Shown: positions 1 to 14,579 of the stretch, piece by piece
Numbering within the stretch: the first letter of the stretch is position 1
Layout: each line of letters begins with the position of its first letter
NCBI RefSeq assembly: GCF_009914755.1
Contig: NC_060928.1
Origin: the human T2T-CHM13v2.0 reference genome, Homo sapiens
Reading direction: 5' to 3' (one strand)
DNA length: 64,000 nucleotides
Notes under the pieces: model-generated
Database searches by the model: none
Told to the model about the DNA's origin: nothing
What the model saw: only the letters and a program-made list of their open reading frames with translations
Position numbers and translations under genes: made by a program

Positions 1-1921
1 GTTCTATTTTTGGCTTTTTGAGGAACCACCATACTGTTCTCCATGGTAGCTATACTAATTTACATTCCCACCAACAGTGTTTAAGGGTTCCCTTCTCTCC
101 ACATCCTCACCAGCATTCCATATTGCCTGTCTTTAGGATAGAAGCCACTTAAACTGGAGTGAGATGATAGCTCATTGTAATTTTGACTTGCATTTCTCTG
201 ATGATCAATTATGTTGAGCACCTTTTCATGTACCTGTCTGCCATATGTACGTCATCTATTAAGAAATACCTATTCAGATCTGTAGCCCATTTTTAACTGG
301 ATTATTAGAATGTTTCCTATTGAGTTGCTTGAGCACCTTATATATTCTGGTTATTAATCCCCTGTCAGATAGATAGTTTGTAAATATTTTTCCCATTCTG
401 TAGGTTGTCTCTTCACTTTGTTGATTGCTTCCTTTGCTGTGCAGGAGCTTTTTAACTTGTTGTGGTTCCTTTGGTCCATTTTTGATTTCATCGTCTGTGC
501 TTTTGGGGTATTACTCAAGGAATCTTTGCCCAGATCAATTGCCTGGAGAGTTTTCTAAATGTTTTCTATCAGTAGTTTAAAAGTTTTAGGCCTCAGATTT
601 AAGTCTTTAATTAATTTTCATTTGATTTTTGTATATAGTGAGAGATAGGGGTCTAGTTTCATTCTTCTGCATATAGATATCTAGTTTCTCTAGCACCATT
701 TATTAAAGACACTATCCTTTTCCCAATGTATGTTTTGGCACCTTTGTTAAAAATGAGTTCACTGCAGATGTATGGATTTATTTCTGGGTTCTCTATTCTG
801 TTTCATTGGTCTATGTGTCTGTTTTCATGTCAATTCCATGCTGTTTTGGTTACAATATCTCTGTAGCATAATTTGAAGTCAAGTAATGTGATTCCTCCAG
901 TTTTAGTCTTTTTGTTCAGGATGGCTTTGAATATTCTGGGTCATTTGTGGTTCCATATAAATTTTAGGATTGTTTTTTCTATTTCTATAAAGAATGTCAT
1001 TGGTACACTGATGGGGATTGCATTTAATCTGTAGAGTGCTTTGGGTCCTATGGACATTTTAACAATCTTGATTCTTCCAATCCATAAATATGGAATATCT
1101 TTCCATTTTATGCTCTCTTCAATTAGTTGCATCAATGTTCTCTAGTTTTCATTGCAGAGATCTTTCACTTATTTGTTTAAGTTTATTCCTAAGTATCTTA
1201 TTTTATTTGCAGCTATTGCAAATGGGATTACTTTCATGATTTCTTTTTCAGATTGTTCACTATTGGCATATAGAAATGCTACTGATTTTTGTATGCTGAT
1301 TTTGTATCCTGCAACTTTGCTGAATTTGTTTATCAGTTCTAATAGCGTTTTGGTGGAGTCTTTAGGATTTTCTGAATATAAGATCATATCTTCTGCAAAC
1401 AAGGATAATTTGACTCTTCCTTTCCAATTTGGAAGCCCTTTATTTTTTCCTCTTGTCTGATTGCTCTAGCTAGGACTTCCAGTACTATGTTGAATAACAG
1501 TGATGAAAGTTGTCATCCTTGTCATGTTCCACATCTTAGAAAAAAGGCTTTCAGCTTTTTCCTATTCATATGATACTAGCTGTTGGTCTGTCATATATGG
1601 TTTTTATGGCGCTGAGGTATGTTCCCTCTATACCCAGTTCTTTAGAGTTTTTATCATGAAGGGATGTTGAATTTTACCAAATGTTTTTCAGCATCAATCG
1701 AAATAATCACATGGTTTTTGTCCTTCACTCTGCTGATATGATATAGCACATTGATTAATTAGCATATGTTGAACCATCTTTTTATTACTGAGATAAATTC
1801 CATTTGGTTATAAAGAATAATTTTTTAATTGTTGTCAAATTCAGTTTACTATGCTTTTGTTGAAGATTTTTCCACCAATGTTATAAGGGATATTGGCCTA
1901 TAATTTTGTCTTTTTGATGTG

Positions 1922-2308
1922 TGATATGGTTTGGCTCTGTGTCCCCAACCAAATATTATCTCAAATTGGAATACTCACATGTCAGGGGCAGGGCCTGGTG
2001 AGAGGTGATTGAATCATGAGGCAGACTTCTCCCTTGCTGTTCTTGTGGTAGTGAGTGAGTTCTCAAGAAAGCTGGTTGTTTGAAAGTGTGTGGCATTTCC
2101 CCCTTTGTTCTCTCTCTCTCTCTTCTGCCGCCATGGTAAGACATGCTTGCTTCCCCTTTGCCTTCCACTATGATTGTAAGTTTCCTGAGGCCTTCCAGTC
2201 ATGCTTCCTGTTAAGCCTGCTGAACTGTGAGTCAATGAAACCTCTTTTCTTCATAAATTACCCAGTCTCAGGTAGTTCTTTACAGCAGTGTGAAAACAGA
2301 CTAATACA
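1922..2308 (+). mobile_element. Solo ERVL-MaLR LTR (THE1D/MSTA-like)
   Basis: Starts tgatatggtttggctctgtgtcccc and ends gactaataca. 5-bp TSD atgtg (1917-1921) / atgtc (2309-2313). Confidence 0.92.
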
Positions 2309-2813
2309 ATGTCTGGTTATGGCATCAGGGTAATATTGACTTCACAGAATGAGTTTGGAAGGGTTCCCTCCTTCTCTATTTCTTGGAATAGTTTGGTATT
2401 AGCTCTTCTTTAAATATTTGGTAAACTTCAGGAATGAAGCCATCAGGTCCCTGGTTTTTCTTTGCTGGGAGAAATTTTATTACAGCTTCAATCTCATTAC
2501 TTGTTATTGGTCTGTTCAAGTTTTGGATTTCTTCACAGTTCAATCTTGATAAGTTAAACATATATAGGAATTTCTCCATTTATTCTAGGTTTTCCAGCTT
2601 ATTGGCAGATAATTGCTCACAGTAGTCTCTAATGATCCTTTGAATTTCTGCAGTATCAGCTGTAATGATGTCTTTTTCATCTCTGATTTTACTTATTTGG
2701 GTCTTCACGTTTTTTCTTAGTCTGACTAAAATGTTTTTCAATGTTTTTATCTTTTCAAAAAACCAACTTTTTATTTTATTGATTTTTTGTGTTTTTTCTT
2801 ATTTTAAATTTAA

Positions 2814-5800
2814 CTTTTATTTTAAGTTCAGGGGTACATGTGCAGGTTTTTTATATAGGTAAACTTGTGTCATGGAGGTTTATTGTACAGATTATTTCAT
2901 CACCCAGGTATTAAGCCTAATACCCATTAGATGACCTTTTTCTTGAACCTATTCCTGCCCCTACCCTCCACCCCATCCTCTGATAGGCCCCAGTGTCTGT
3001 TGTTCCCCTCTATGTATCCGTGTGTTCTCATCATTTAGCTCCTACATACAAGCGAGAATATGTGGTATTTGGTTTTCTGTTCCTGTGTTAGTTTGCTAAG
3101 GATAATGGCATCCAGCTCCATCCATGTGGCTGCAAGGGAAATGATCTCATTCTCTTTTATGGCTGCGTAGTATGCCATGGTGTATATGTACCACATTTTC
3201 TTTATCCAGTCTACTCTTGATGGGCATTTAGGCTGATTCTATGTCTTTGCTATTGTGAATAGTGCTGCAATGAACATACATGTGCATGTGTCTTTATGAT
3301 AAAACTACTTATATTCCTTTGGGTATACACCCAGTATTGGGATTGCTGGGTCCAATGGTATTTCTGTTTTTAGGTCTTTGAGGAATCATCACATTGCCTT
3401 CCACAATGGATGCATTAATATCCACTCCCACCAACAGTGTAAAAGTGTTCCTTTTTCTCCACAAGTTCACCAGCATCTCTTAATTTTTGACTTTTTAGTA
3501 ATAGCTGTTAGTATTTCTGTTTTTAGGTCTTTGAGGAATTGTCACACTGCCTTTCACAATGGATGAACTAATTTACACTCCCAACAACAGTATAAGAGCA
3601 TTCCTTTTTCTCCACAAGTTCACCAGCACCTGTTATGTTTTGACTTTTTAATAGCCATTCTGACTGGTGTGAGATGATATGTCATTGTGGTTTTGATTTG
3701 CATTTCTCTAATGATCAGTGATATGAAAATAGTTTCATATGATTGTTAGCCATATGTATGCCTTCTTTTGAGATGTGTCTGTTCATGTCCTTTGCCCATT
3801 TTTTAATGGGGTTGCTTGTTTTGTTCTTATAAATTTGCTTAAGTTCCTTATAGATATTATATATTAGACCTTTGTCAGATGGATAGCTTACAAAAATTTG
3901 CTCCCATTCTCTAGGTTGTCTTTTCACTCTATTGCTAGTTTCTTTTGCTGTGCAAAAGTTATTTAGTTTAATTAGATTCCGTTTGTCAATTTTTTCTTTG
4001 GTTGCAATTGCTTTCGGCATCTTCATCATGAAATCTTCACCCATTCCTTTGTCCAGAATAGTATTTTCTAGGTTTTCTTCCAGGGTTGTTACAGTTTTTG
4101 GGTTTTACATTTAAGTCTTTAATCCATCTTCAGCTAATTTTTGTATATGGTATAAGGAAGGGGTATAGTTTCAATCTTCTGCATATGGCTAGCCAGCTAT
4201 CCCAGCACCATTTACTAAATAGGGAGTCCTTTCCCCATTGCTTGTGTTTATCAGGTTTGTCAAAGATCAGATAGCTGTAGGTATGCAGCCTTATTTCCGG
4301 GTTCTCTAACCTGTTCCATTGGTCTATATGTCTGGTTTTGTACCGGTAGCATGTTGTTTTGGTTACTATAGGCTTGTAGTATAGTTTGAAGTTGGGTAGT
4401 GTGATATTTCCAGCTCTGTTCTATTTGTTTAGAATTGCCTTGGCTATTCAGTCTTTATTTTTATCTTTTTGGTTCCATGAATTTTAAAATAGTTTCTTCT
4501 AGTTCTGTAAAGAATATCATTGGTAGTTGAATAGGACTAGATTTGAATCTATAAATTGCTTTGGGCAGTGTGGCCATTTTAACGATATTAATCCTTCCTA
4601 GCCAAGTGCATGTAATATTTTTCCATTTGTTTGTGTCCTAATTTCTTTCAGCAGTGTTTTGTAGTTCTCCTTGTAGAGATCTTTCACCCCCCTGGTTAGC
4701 TGTATTCCTAGGTATTTTTGTGCTTGTGTGACAATTGTGAATGGAATTGTCTTCCTGATTTGGCTCTCACCTGGACTGTTGTTGGTTTATAGGAGTGCTA
4801 GTAATTTTTGCACATTGAGTTTGTATCTTAAGACTTTGCTAAAGTTCTTTATCAGCTTAAGAAGCCTTTGGGTCAAGACAACGGGGTTTTCTAGGTACAG
4901 GATCATGTCACCTGCAAACAGGGATAGTTTGACTTCCTCTTTTCCTATTTGGATGCCCTTTGTTTCTCTTGCCTGATTGCCCTAGCCAGGAATTCCAATA
5001 CTATGTTGAATAAGAGTGGTGAAGAGGGCATCCTTGTCTTCTGCCAGTTTTCAAGGGGAATGTTTCCAGTTTTGCCCATTCAGTGGTGGCTGTGGGTTTG
5101 TCATAGATGGCTCTTATTATTTTGGGGTATGTTCCTTCAATGCCTCATTTATTCAGAGTTGTTAACAGGAACTGTGTTGAATTTTATCAAAAGCCTTTTC
5201 TGTAACTATTGAGATAATCATGGAGTCTTTGTCTTCAGTTCTGTTTATGTGATGAATCACATTTATCAATTTGTGTATGTTGAAACAACCTTGCAACCCA
5301 GGGATAAAGCCTACTTGATTGTGGTGGATTAGCTTTTTGATGTGCTGCTGGATTTGATTTGCAAATATTTTGTTGCCCATTTTGGCATCAATATTTATCA
5401 AGGATATTGGCCCGAATTTTTGTTGTTGTTGTTGCTGTGTCTCTGCCAGTTTTTGGTATCAGGATGGTGCTGGTCTCATAGAATGAGTTGGGGAGGAGTC
5501 CATCCTCTTCAGTTTTGTGGAATAGTTTCAGTAGGTGTGGTACCAGCTTTTCTTTTTATATCTGGTGGAACTCAGTTGTGACTCTATCTGGTCCTGGGCT
5601 TTTTGGTAAACTATTACTGACTCAATTTCAGAGCTTATTATTGGTCTGTTCAGGGATTTAATTTCTTTCTGGTTCAGTCTTGGGAGGATGTAGGTACCCA
5701 GGAATTTATCCATTTCTTCTATAGTTTCTAGTTTATGTGAATACAGGTGTTTATCATATTATCTGATGGTTATTTCTATTTCTGTGGGGTCAGTGGTAAC

Positions 5801-8800
5801 AACCCCTTGTAGTTTCTGATTGTGTTTATTTGAATTGTCTCTCATTTCTTCATTATTAGTCTAGCTAGCAGTCTATTTTATTAATTTTTTCAGAAAAACA
5901 GATCCTGAATTTGTTGATCTTTTTAACGGTTTTTCATGTCTCAATCTCCTTCAGTTCAGCTCTGATTTTGGTTATTTCTTGCCATCTGCTAGCTTTGGAA
6001 TTTGTTTGCTCTTGGTTCTCTAGTTATATTAGTTATGATGTTAAGTTGTTAAATTGAGATCTTTCTAAATTTTTGATTCAGGCTTTTAGTGCTAGAAGTT
6101 TCCCAGTCAACACTGACATAGCTGTGTCCCAGAGATTCTGGTATGTTGTATCTTTTTCCTCATTAGTTTCAAAGAATTTCTTGATTTCTGTCTTAACTTC
6201 ATTTTTTACCCAAAAGTCACTCAAGAGCAGATTATTCAATTTCCATGTAATTGTATGGTTTTGAGTGAATTTCTTAGTCTTGATTTCTAATTTGATTGTG
6301 CTGTGGTCTGAGAGATTGTTACGACTTCAGTTATTTTTCATTTGCTAAGGAGTGCCTTACTTCCAATTATGTGATTGATTTTGGAGTATGTGCCATGTGA
6401 CAATGAGAAGAATGTATATTCTGTTGTTTTGGGGTGCAGAGTTCTCTAAATGTCTATATCAGGTCTATTTTACCCAGTACTCAGTTCAGGTCCTGAATAT
6501 CTTTGTTAATTGCCTGTCTCAATGATTTGTCTAATATTGTCAGTGGGGTGTTAAAAGTCTCCTGCTATTATTGTGTGGAAGTCTAAATCTCTTTGAAGGT
6601 CTCTAAGAACTTGCTTTATGAATCTGGTTGCTCCTCCATTGGGTACATATATATTTGGGATAGTTAGATCTTCTTTAATTGAACACTTTACCATTATGTA
6701 ATGCCCTTCTTTGTGTTTTTTGACCTTTGTTGATTTAAAGTCTGTTTTTTTCTGAAACTAGTATTGCAATCCCTGCTTTTTTCTGTTTTCCATTTGCTTG
6801 GTAGATTTTCCTCCATTCGTTTATTTTGAACCTATGTGTGTCATTGCATGTGAGATGGGTCTCTTGAAGACAACATACCAATTGGTCTTGGCTCTTTATC
6901 CAGCTTGCCACTTAGTGCCTTTTAACTGGGGCATTTAGTCCATTTACTTTCAACAATAGTATTGATATGTGAGGATTTGATTCTGTCATGATGATGTTAA
7001 CCAGTTATTTTGCAGACTTGTTTACATGGTTGCTTTATAGTGTCACTGGTTTGTGTATTTCAGCGTGTTTTTGTAGTAGCCAGTAATGGTCTTTCCTTTC
7101 CATATTTAGTGTTTCCTTCAGGAGCTCTTGTATAGCAGGTCTGGTGGTAATGAATTCCCTCAGCATTTGCTTGTCCGACAAGGATTTTATTTCTCCTTCA
7201 CTTATGAAGCTTAGTTTGGCCAAACATGAAATTCTGAGTTGGAATTTATTTTCTTTAAGAATGTTGAATATTGGCCCCCAATCTCTTCTGGCTTATATGG
7301 TTTTTGCTGAGAGGTTCACTGTTAGTCTAATGGGCTTCCCTTTTAAGTGACCTGACCTTTCTCTCTAGCTGCTGTCAACATGTTTTCTTGCATTTTGAGT
7401 TTGGAGAACCTGATGTCTTGGGGATGATCTTCTTGTGAAGTATCTTACTGGGGTTCTCTACATTTCCTGAATTTGAATGTTGGCCTCTCTGTCTAGGCTG
7501 GGGAAGTTCTCACGGATAATATCCTGAAATCTGCTTTCTCAATTGGTTCCATTCTCCCAATCTCTTTCAAGGACATCAATAATTTGTTGATTTAGCCTCT
7601 TTACATAATCCCATATGTCTTGGAGATTTTGTTCATTTCTTTTCATTCTTTTTACTCTATTTTTGGCTGTCTTGTTTCAGAAGGCTAGTCTTCAGGCTCT
7701 GAGACTCTTTCCTCTGCTTGGTTTATTCTGCCATTAATCGTTGTGATTCCATTATGAAATTCTTGTAATGTGTTTTTCAGCTCTATCAGGTCAGTTACAT
7801 TCTTTTCTATACTAGTTATTTTGTCTGTCAGCTCCTGCACTGTTTTATCATAATTCTTACCTTCCTTGGATTGGGTTTCAAGGTACTCCTGTAGCGTAAT
7901 GATCTTTGTTCCTATCTATATTCTGAATTATATTTCTGTCATTTCAACCATCTCAGCTCAGTTCAGAACCCTTGCTGGAGAAGTAATACAATCATTTGAA
8001 GGAAAGGAGGCGCTCTGGGTTTTTGAGTTGTCAGGGTTCTTGTGCTCGTTATTTCTCGTCTTTGTAGGCTTATGTTCCTTCAGTCTTTGAGATTACTGAC
8101 CTTTGGATGGGTTGTTTTCTTCGTATATTCTATTTGATGACCTTGAGGGTTTGATTGTGGTCTAAGGTGGATTCAGATAACTGGCTTCATTTCTGGAAGA
8201 TTTTAGGGGATTGACACTCAGCTCCCACCTCTTTGACTGCATGCTCTATCTCTGAGGGACTTGTATTGGGCCCCAACTTTGTTCTGTGGTTCCTCAAGGT
8301 TAGGAATCCACTGTGCTGGAGAGGCCAAGATGCTCTCAGATTGCTGGTCACTACACTTCTATGGGTGGTCTCAGCTAAAGCATTTTGTAGTGTGGTGACA
8401 GCAGTATCTGTCCTCATTTGCAAGTGCCAGCAGCAGCAGTAGTGGTAGCTGCAGCAGGGTGCTAGTGTATGCCAGGGGGCCTGCTTTCCTGTGGACATTC
8501 ATCACAGAGGCAGAGGTAATGCAGCTGCGGTGTGGGTGGAGAGCCCCTGCTAGTGACTGTGTGCACAGTGTTGCTGTCGTTGGTGTTGACTCAGGTACAG
8601 GATGCTGGTGGGCACAAGTCTGTGTGCCTTCTATGTGTCCTGCAAGCAGAAGTGGTCACTCAGGGTAGAGGAGGATCTACTGTTCTCTGTGCCTAGTTTC
8701 ACTCCCACAGCAGTGTTAGCGCAAGGGCAGGGTGCTGGTGCAGACAAAGCTGGCTGCCTCTGTGCTCACTAAGTCTCCATCTGCAATGGCAGTCTGCAAG

Positions 8801-9585
8801 AAGATGGGGAACAGGCTGCACTTCTGCTGCTGATGGCAAAATAAGCAAAACCTACTCATGCAGACATGCACCAGCAAAGCAATGTGGGGAGTTGCCGTGG
8901 ACCCTGCAGAAGCTGCAGTGTTGGGAGGGGCCGTGGGTGCTGCCCCAGTGGTGCACTCTGCCAGTTAGGCATGGTCTCCATAGGTGGAGACTTCCACCTA
9001 TGGGCAGGTGTGGCCCAGCTGGGGCCCCAAGAGAGACAGCAGAACAAGTGGTGTTTAGGTCAGACTGGCCCATCTGATGGGCTAGACTGCCCTGCAGAGT
9101 TCAGGACCAATAGTTCCTCTAGGGCTAAAGTCTCCTGTGGGAGCAAGTAGAGCCTAGGGAGATGGCCATCCCTAGTCATGCTCCACTACAGATGCTTCCA
9201 CACCAAACCCTCTGGGCTCCACATCAACTAGTTTGCTGCTCCTACCACTTCTCTAAGTAGCTCTCCCTGCCACCTTGAGTATCCAAGGTGGTTGGGCAGT
9301 CTCCTGCCAGTATTCCAGAGGCCCATAGCAAGAGAAGGTTACTGCTTGTCAGTTCAACTCATCCGTTTCCCCAGAGCCATTGGGGGCCAGGAATGAGTTC
9401 AGGTGTCCAGTAGCCCCAGGTAGGCTTCCCAGCTTTCTTCCCCTTCAGCCCAGCTTCTGTGTCTTCCCTTCATCCACTCTCAGTGCCTTCCCTCTGAAGA
9501 TCTGTTAGAAGTACTCCAGTCGTCTTGGTGCCTCACTGACAGCTGTTTCACCTGGCTGCATCTAGTCAGCCTTCATTTCCCAGCT
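2814..9585 (-). mobile_element. Full-length degenerate LINE-1 (L1PA13-16-like) with 3'UTR, ORF2, ORF1 and ~1.4 kb 5'UTR
   Basis: 3' end ggggtacatgtgcagg; ORF2 remnants; ORF1 remnant KLSFISEGEIKSLSDKQMLREFITTRPA (7035-7223); 5' start motif gctgactagatgcagccagg on - at ~9550-9570. TSD ttattttaa(a)tttaa at 2799-2813 / 9758-9771. Confidence 0.9.
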
Positions 9586-10847
9586 TCTGGATGTCCTTAC
9601 AACACCCCCTCAAGTATCTCTCAGTACCTGGAGGTCACAGGAGGACAAAATCACTGGTCTTTGACAGAGTTGCTTGAGCCTCATGGAGCAGAGGACATGG
9701 AACAATAAAGACAAGAACCAAGTTAGGTGCACAGGCGACAGAAGACCAAATAAGTGATTATTTTAATTTAAATTTTATTTATTCCTGCTCTGATCTTTAT
9801 TATTCCTTTCCTTCTATTAATTATAGGTTTTGTGTGCTCTTGCTTTTCTAGGCTGTTTAAGATGCATAGTTAGGTTGTTAATTTGAAGTTTTTCTACTTT
9901 TCTGATGTAGGTGCTTATGGCGATAAACTTTATTCTTAATAATGCTTTTCACTGTATCTGGTAGGTTTTGATATGTTGTGTTTCCTTTTCATCTGTTTTA
10001 AGAAATTTTTAAATTTCCTTCTTAATTTCTTCATTGACCCACTGGTCATTCAGAAACATATTGTTTAATTTCCAAGTCTTTGCATAGTTTCCAAAGTTCC
10101 TCTTGTTACTGATTTCTAGTTTTATTCCATTGTGATCAGAGAAGACACTTGATATAATTTTTTTTTAAATTTTTTAAAACTTGCTTCGTGGCCTAACATA
10201 TGATCCATCTTTGAGAATAATCCATGTGCTGAGGCAAAGAATGTATATTCTGCAGCCATTGGATGAAATGTTTTGTAAATATCTATTAGGTCCATTTCAT
10301 CTATAGTGCAGATTAAGTCCTACGTTTCTTTGTTGATTTTCTATCTGAATGATCTGTCCAATGATGACGGTGGAGTGTTGAAGTCTCCACTTATTATTGT
10401 ATTGGGGTCTATCTTTGTCTATAGCTTTAATAATATTTCCTTTATATATCTAGTTGCTCCAGTGCTAGGTGCATATATATTTATAATTGTTATATCCTCT
10501 TGCTGAATTGACCCCTTTATCATTGCATAATGACCTCCTTTGTCTCCTTTTATACTTTTTTGGTTGATATCTATTTTGTCTAAGTGTAGCTACTTCTGCT
10601 CTTTTTGGTTTTCGTTGGCATGAAATATCTTTCTCTATCCCTTTATTTTCAGTGTATATGTCTTTATAAGCAAAGTGTGTTTCTTGTACGCAACAGTTTA
10701 TTGAGTCTTATATTTTAATCCATTTAGTCTTTTGATTAAAGCATTCAGTCCATTTACTTTCAATGTTAGTATCAATAAGTAAGAATTCACTTACTATTGA
10801 TATTCTATTTTGCTATTTTGTTACTGGTTTTCTGGTTGTTTTACTGC

Positions 10848-10985
10848 CCTTCCTTCCTTCCTTCCTTCCTTCCTTCCTTCCTTCCTTCCTTCTTTCCTTC
10901 CTTCCTTCCTCCCTCCCTCCCTTCCTTCCTTTCTCCCTTCTCTCTTTCCTTCTTTCTTTCCTTCCTTACTTCCTGTCTTCCTTTT
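10848..10985. repeat. (TTCC)n / CT-rich simple repeat inside L1
   Basis: Direct reading: ccttccttccttcc... degenerating to ctttc/ctcc. Confidence 0.95.
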
Positions 10986-11726
10986 TGAGAAGGTGATTTT
11001 CTCTAGTGGTATGTTTTAATTTCTTGCTTTTTACTTTTAGTATATTTGTTGTAGGTTTTTTTATTTGCGGTTACCATGAGGCTTGCAAATAACATCTTAT
11101 AAACCATTATTTAAACTGATGACCCTTAACAGTGATTAAAAAAAAAAAGCAAAGAGAAAACTAATAAAAACGCTGCATTTTAACTTCATCCCCCCACTTT
11201 TAACTTTTTTATTTCTATTTATATCTTATACTCTCTATGTCTTGAAAAGCTGTAATTATTATTCTTGATAGGTTCATCACTATTCATCAATAGTGATCCA
11301 TAGATCACTATTAGTAGTATTGACATCTAAACAATATTAAATCTTCCAATCCATTAAGGATCCATGTAAGAAAGGGATATCCTTCCATTTATTTATATCT
11401 TCTTTCATTTCTTTCAACCATGTTTTATATTTTTCATTGTACAAGTCTTTTACTTTTTGATTAATTTAATTCCTAAATATATTTTTTGATGCTGTTTGTG
11501 AATGAAATTGTTTTCTTAATTTCCTTTTCAGATTGTTCCTTGTTAGTATATAGAAATTCAACTCAATCTTGTGGGTTGACTTTGTATCCAACTAGTTAGG
11601 GGAATTTATTAGTTCTAATTTTGTCTCTGTGTGTGGAATCTTTAGGGTTTTCTACATATAAGATCACATCATCTGTGAACAGAGATTTTCTAATTCTTCC
11701 TTTCCAATTTATATCCATATTATTTC

Positions 11727-12121
<395 letters not shown>

Positions 12122-12760
12122 TAGCATCCTTGCCTTATTTCTTATCTTAAAGGGAAAGTTGTCTTTCATGATTTAGTATGATGTTCACTCTGGGTTTTTC
12201 ACATATGACTTTTACTATGTTGAGGTTGTTTCCTTCAATTCCCAATTTGAGTGTTTTTATCATAAAAAGGTATTGAGGTTTTCAAATAGTTTTTCTGCAT
12301 CATTTAAGATTTTTTTCTTAATTCTGTTAAAGTGATATATTGTTGATTGATTTTCATATGTTAAATCATCAGTCTATTGCAGGAATAAATCCCACCTAGT
12401 CATGGCATATAATCCTTTTAATATGTTGTTGAATTTAATATTTTGTTGAAGATTTTTATATTGATGTTCATAAGGAATATTGGTCTGTAATTTTCTTTCC
12501 TTGTAGTGTTTCTCTCTGGCTTTGGTATCAGGGTAACAGTGGCCTCAGAGAACGAGGCCTTCCACTTCAATTTTTTGGAAAAGTTTAAGGATTAGTGTTA
12601 GCTTATTTTAAATACTTAGTAGAATTCACCAACGAAGCCATCATGTCCAAGGCTTTTCTTTGATGAGAGATTTTGAGTATCTTGCTCCCGAAAGGGGAAA
12701 AATAAATAAATAAAGGGGAATTAGTAAAAGGAGTTACCAGCCCTTTAATCCCCTGGAAGT

Positions 12761-13158
<398 letters not shown>

Positions 13159-13889
13159 TCAGTGATCAGAAGCAACAATCAGCAACCAACACAAATCCTC
13201 AAAATTTGGATGACAGGGTCCTTGTTGCCTATCCCAGCTCCCACAAGTGATATGCAAGCTGCTCCAGGAACACAGGTGCCCACTATGGGACCAGGGGTGG
13301 GGAGTGGGTAGTTAGCACTGTGCTAAAAGCTAAAATTTACTGAATTTAACTCCAAATTAACAACCAAATCTTCCAAGTCCAGCTATTTTGGACTCCAGAA
13401 TTCAAAAATAGTTATATCAGACACATCTCTATCAGTGAGGCTGTGGGGGATGGATTTCTGGTGCTTTCTACTCTGCCATATTCTCTGAATCCTCCTCTCT
13501 GGTTAAATATTTTTAAGGAATGCAGAGTCTGCAAACACCAACATTGCTGTGAACTGAGGTGTTGCTTTTTTTTTTTTTTTTAAGGAAAAAGGAAAAAAAA
13601 GATTAACATAACCACCTGTTTCTACTTGGAAGAAACTCTAGAGCGCAAATGCATTTAAATGGAATACTGCTTCATGACATCACCAAAAAATCATGGTCTG
13701 ACCTCACATCATTACTATATCATATAAATATTATTTCTAAGGAAGCCAAGATTTTCTGATTCAAGATGTGGAGTAGAAAAGGACAAAAATGAGATCCTTA
13801 AGCAAAAGAAAGTTAGCCACTTGTTGAAATCTGGACTCTGGGAGTACTGAAGTTCAAGCTACACCATGGAACACATATGGAATATAACT

Positions 13890-14160
13890 TATTCATTACT
13901 TAATTAATTCACTTATTTGATAAATATTTGTTGTGTGACATTATGTCCCAAGCACTATCCTAGGCAGTGAACAAAAAGACAAAGTCTCTTTCTCATGGAG
14001 CTTACATGCAGATAGACAAAAAATAGTAGGCACGACCAATAAACTATACACTGTGTTCAAAGGTGGTAAGTGCTATGGAGAAAATATAAAGCAGGGAAAG
14101 GGAATGAGTGACAGGGTGGAGAAAAGTACTGCTATTTCTTATAGAGTGCTTAGGGAAGAC
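13890..14160 (-). mobile_element. L2 (L2a-like) 3' fragment
   Basis: Motifs attcatt...aaatatttg..., ctcatggagcttaca, gtaagtgctatggagaaaa...aagcaggg. Confidence 0.7.
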
Positions 14161-14255
14161 CAAACTCGCTATAATAAATAATCTAATATATTTGAATCAT
14201 AGTTAATTCAGTCCATAGTCAAACCTTCCGTTCAATCTGTTAATATGCAATACCT

Positions 14256-14579
<324 letters not shown>

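Larger units (their letters stand above)
1..11275 (-). mobile_element. Old LINE-1 (L1MA-like), ORF2 plus inter-ORF region, split into 1-1921, 2309-2813 and 9758-11275 by nested insertions; runs off the window start
   Basis: Minus-strand ORF2 remnants ([20 protein letters not shown] = degenerate FADD, LNRPITSNEIE). The L1 sequence resumes collinearly after each nested insertion. Confidence 0.9.
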
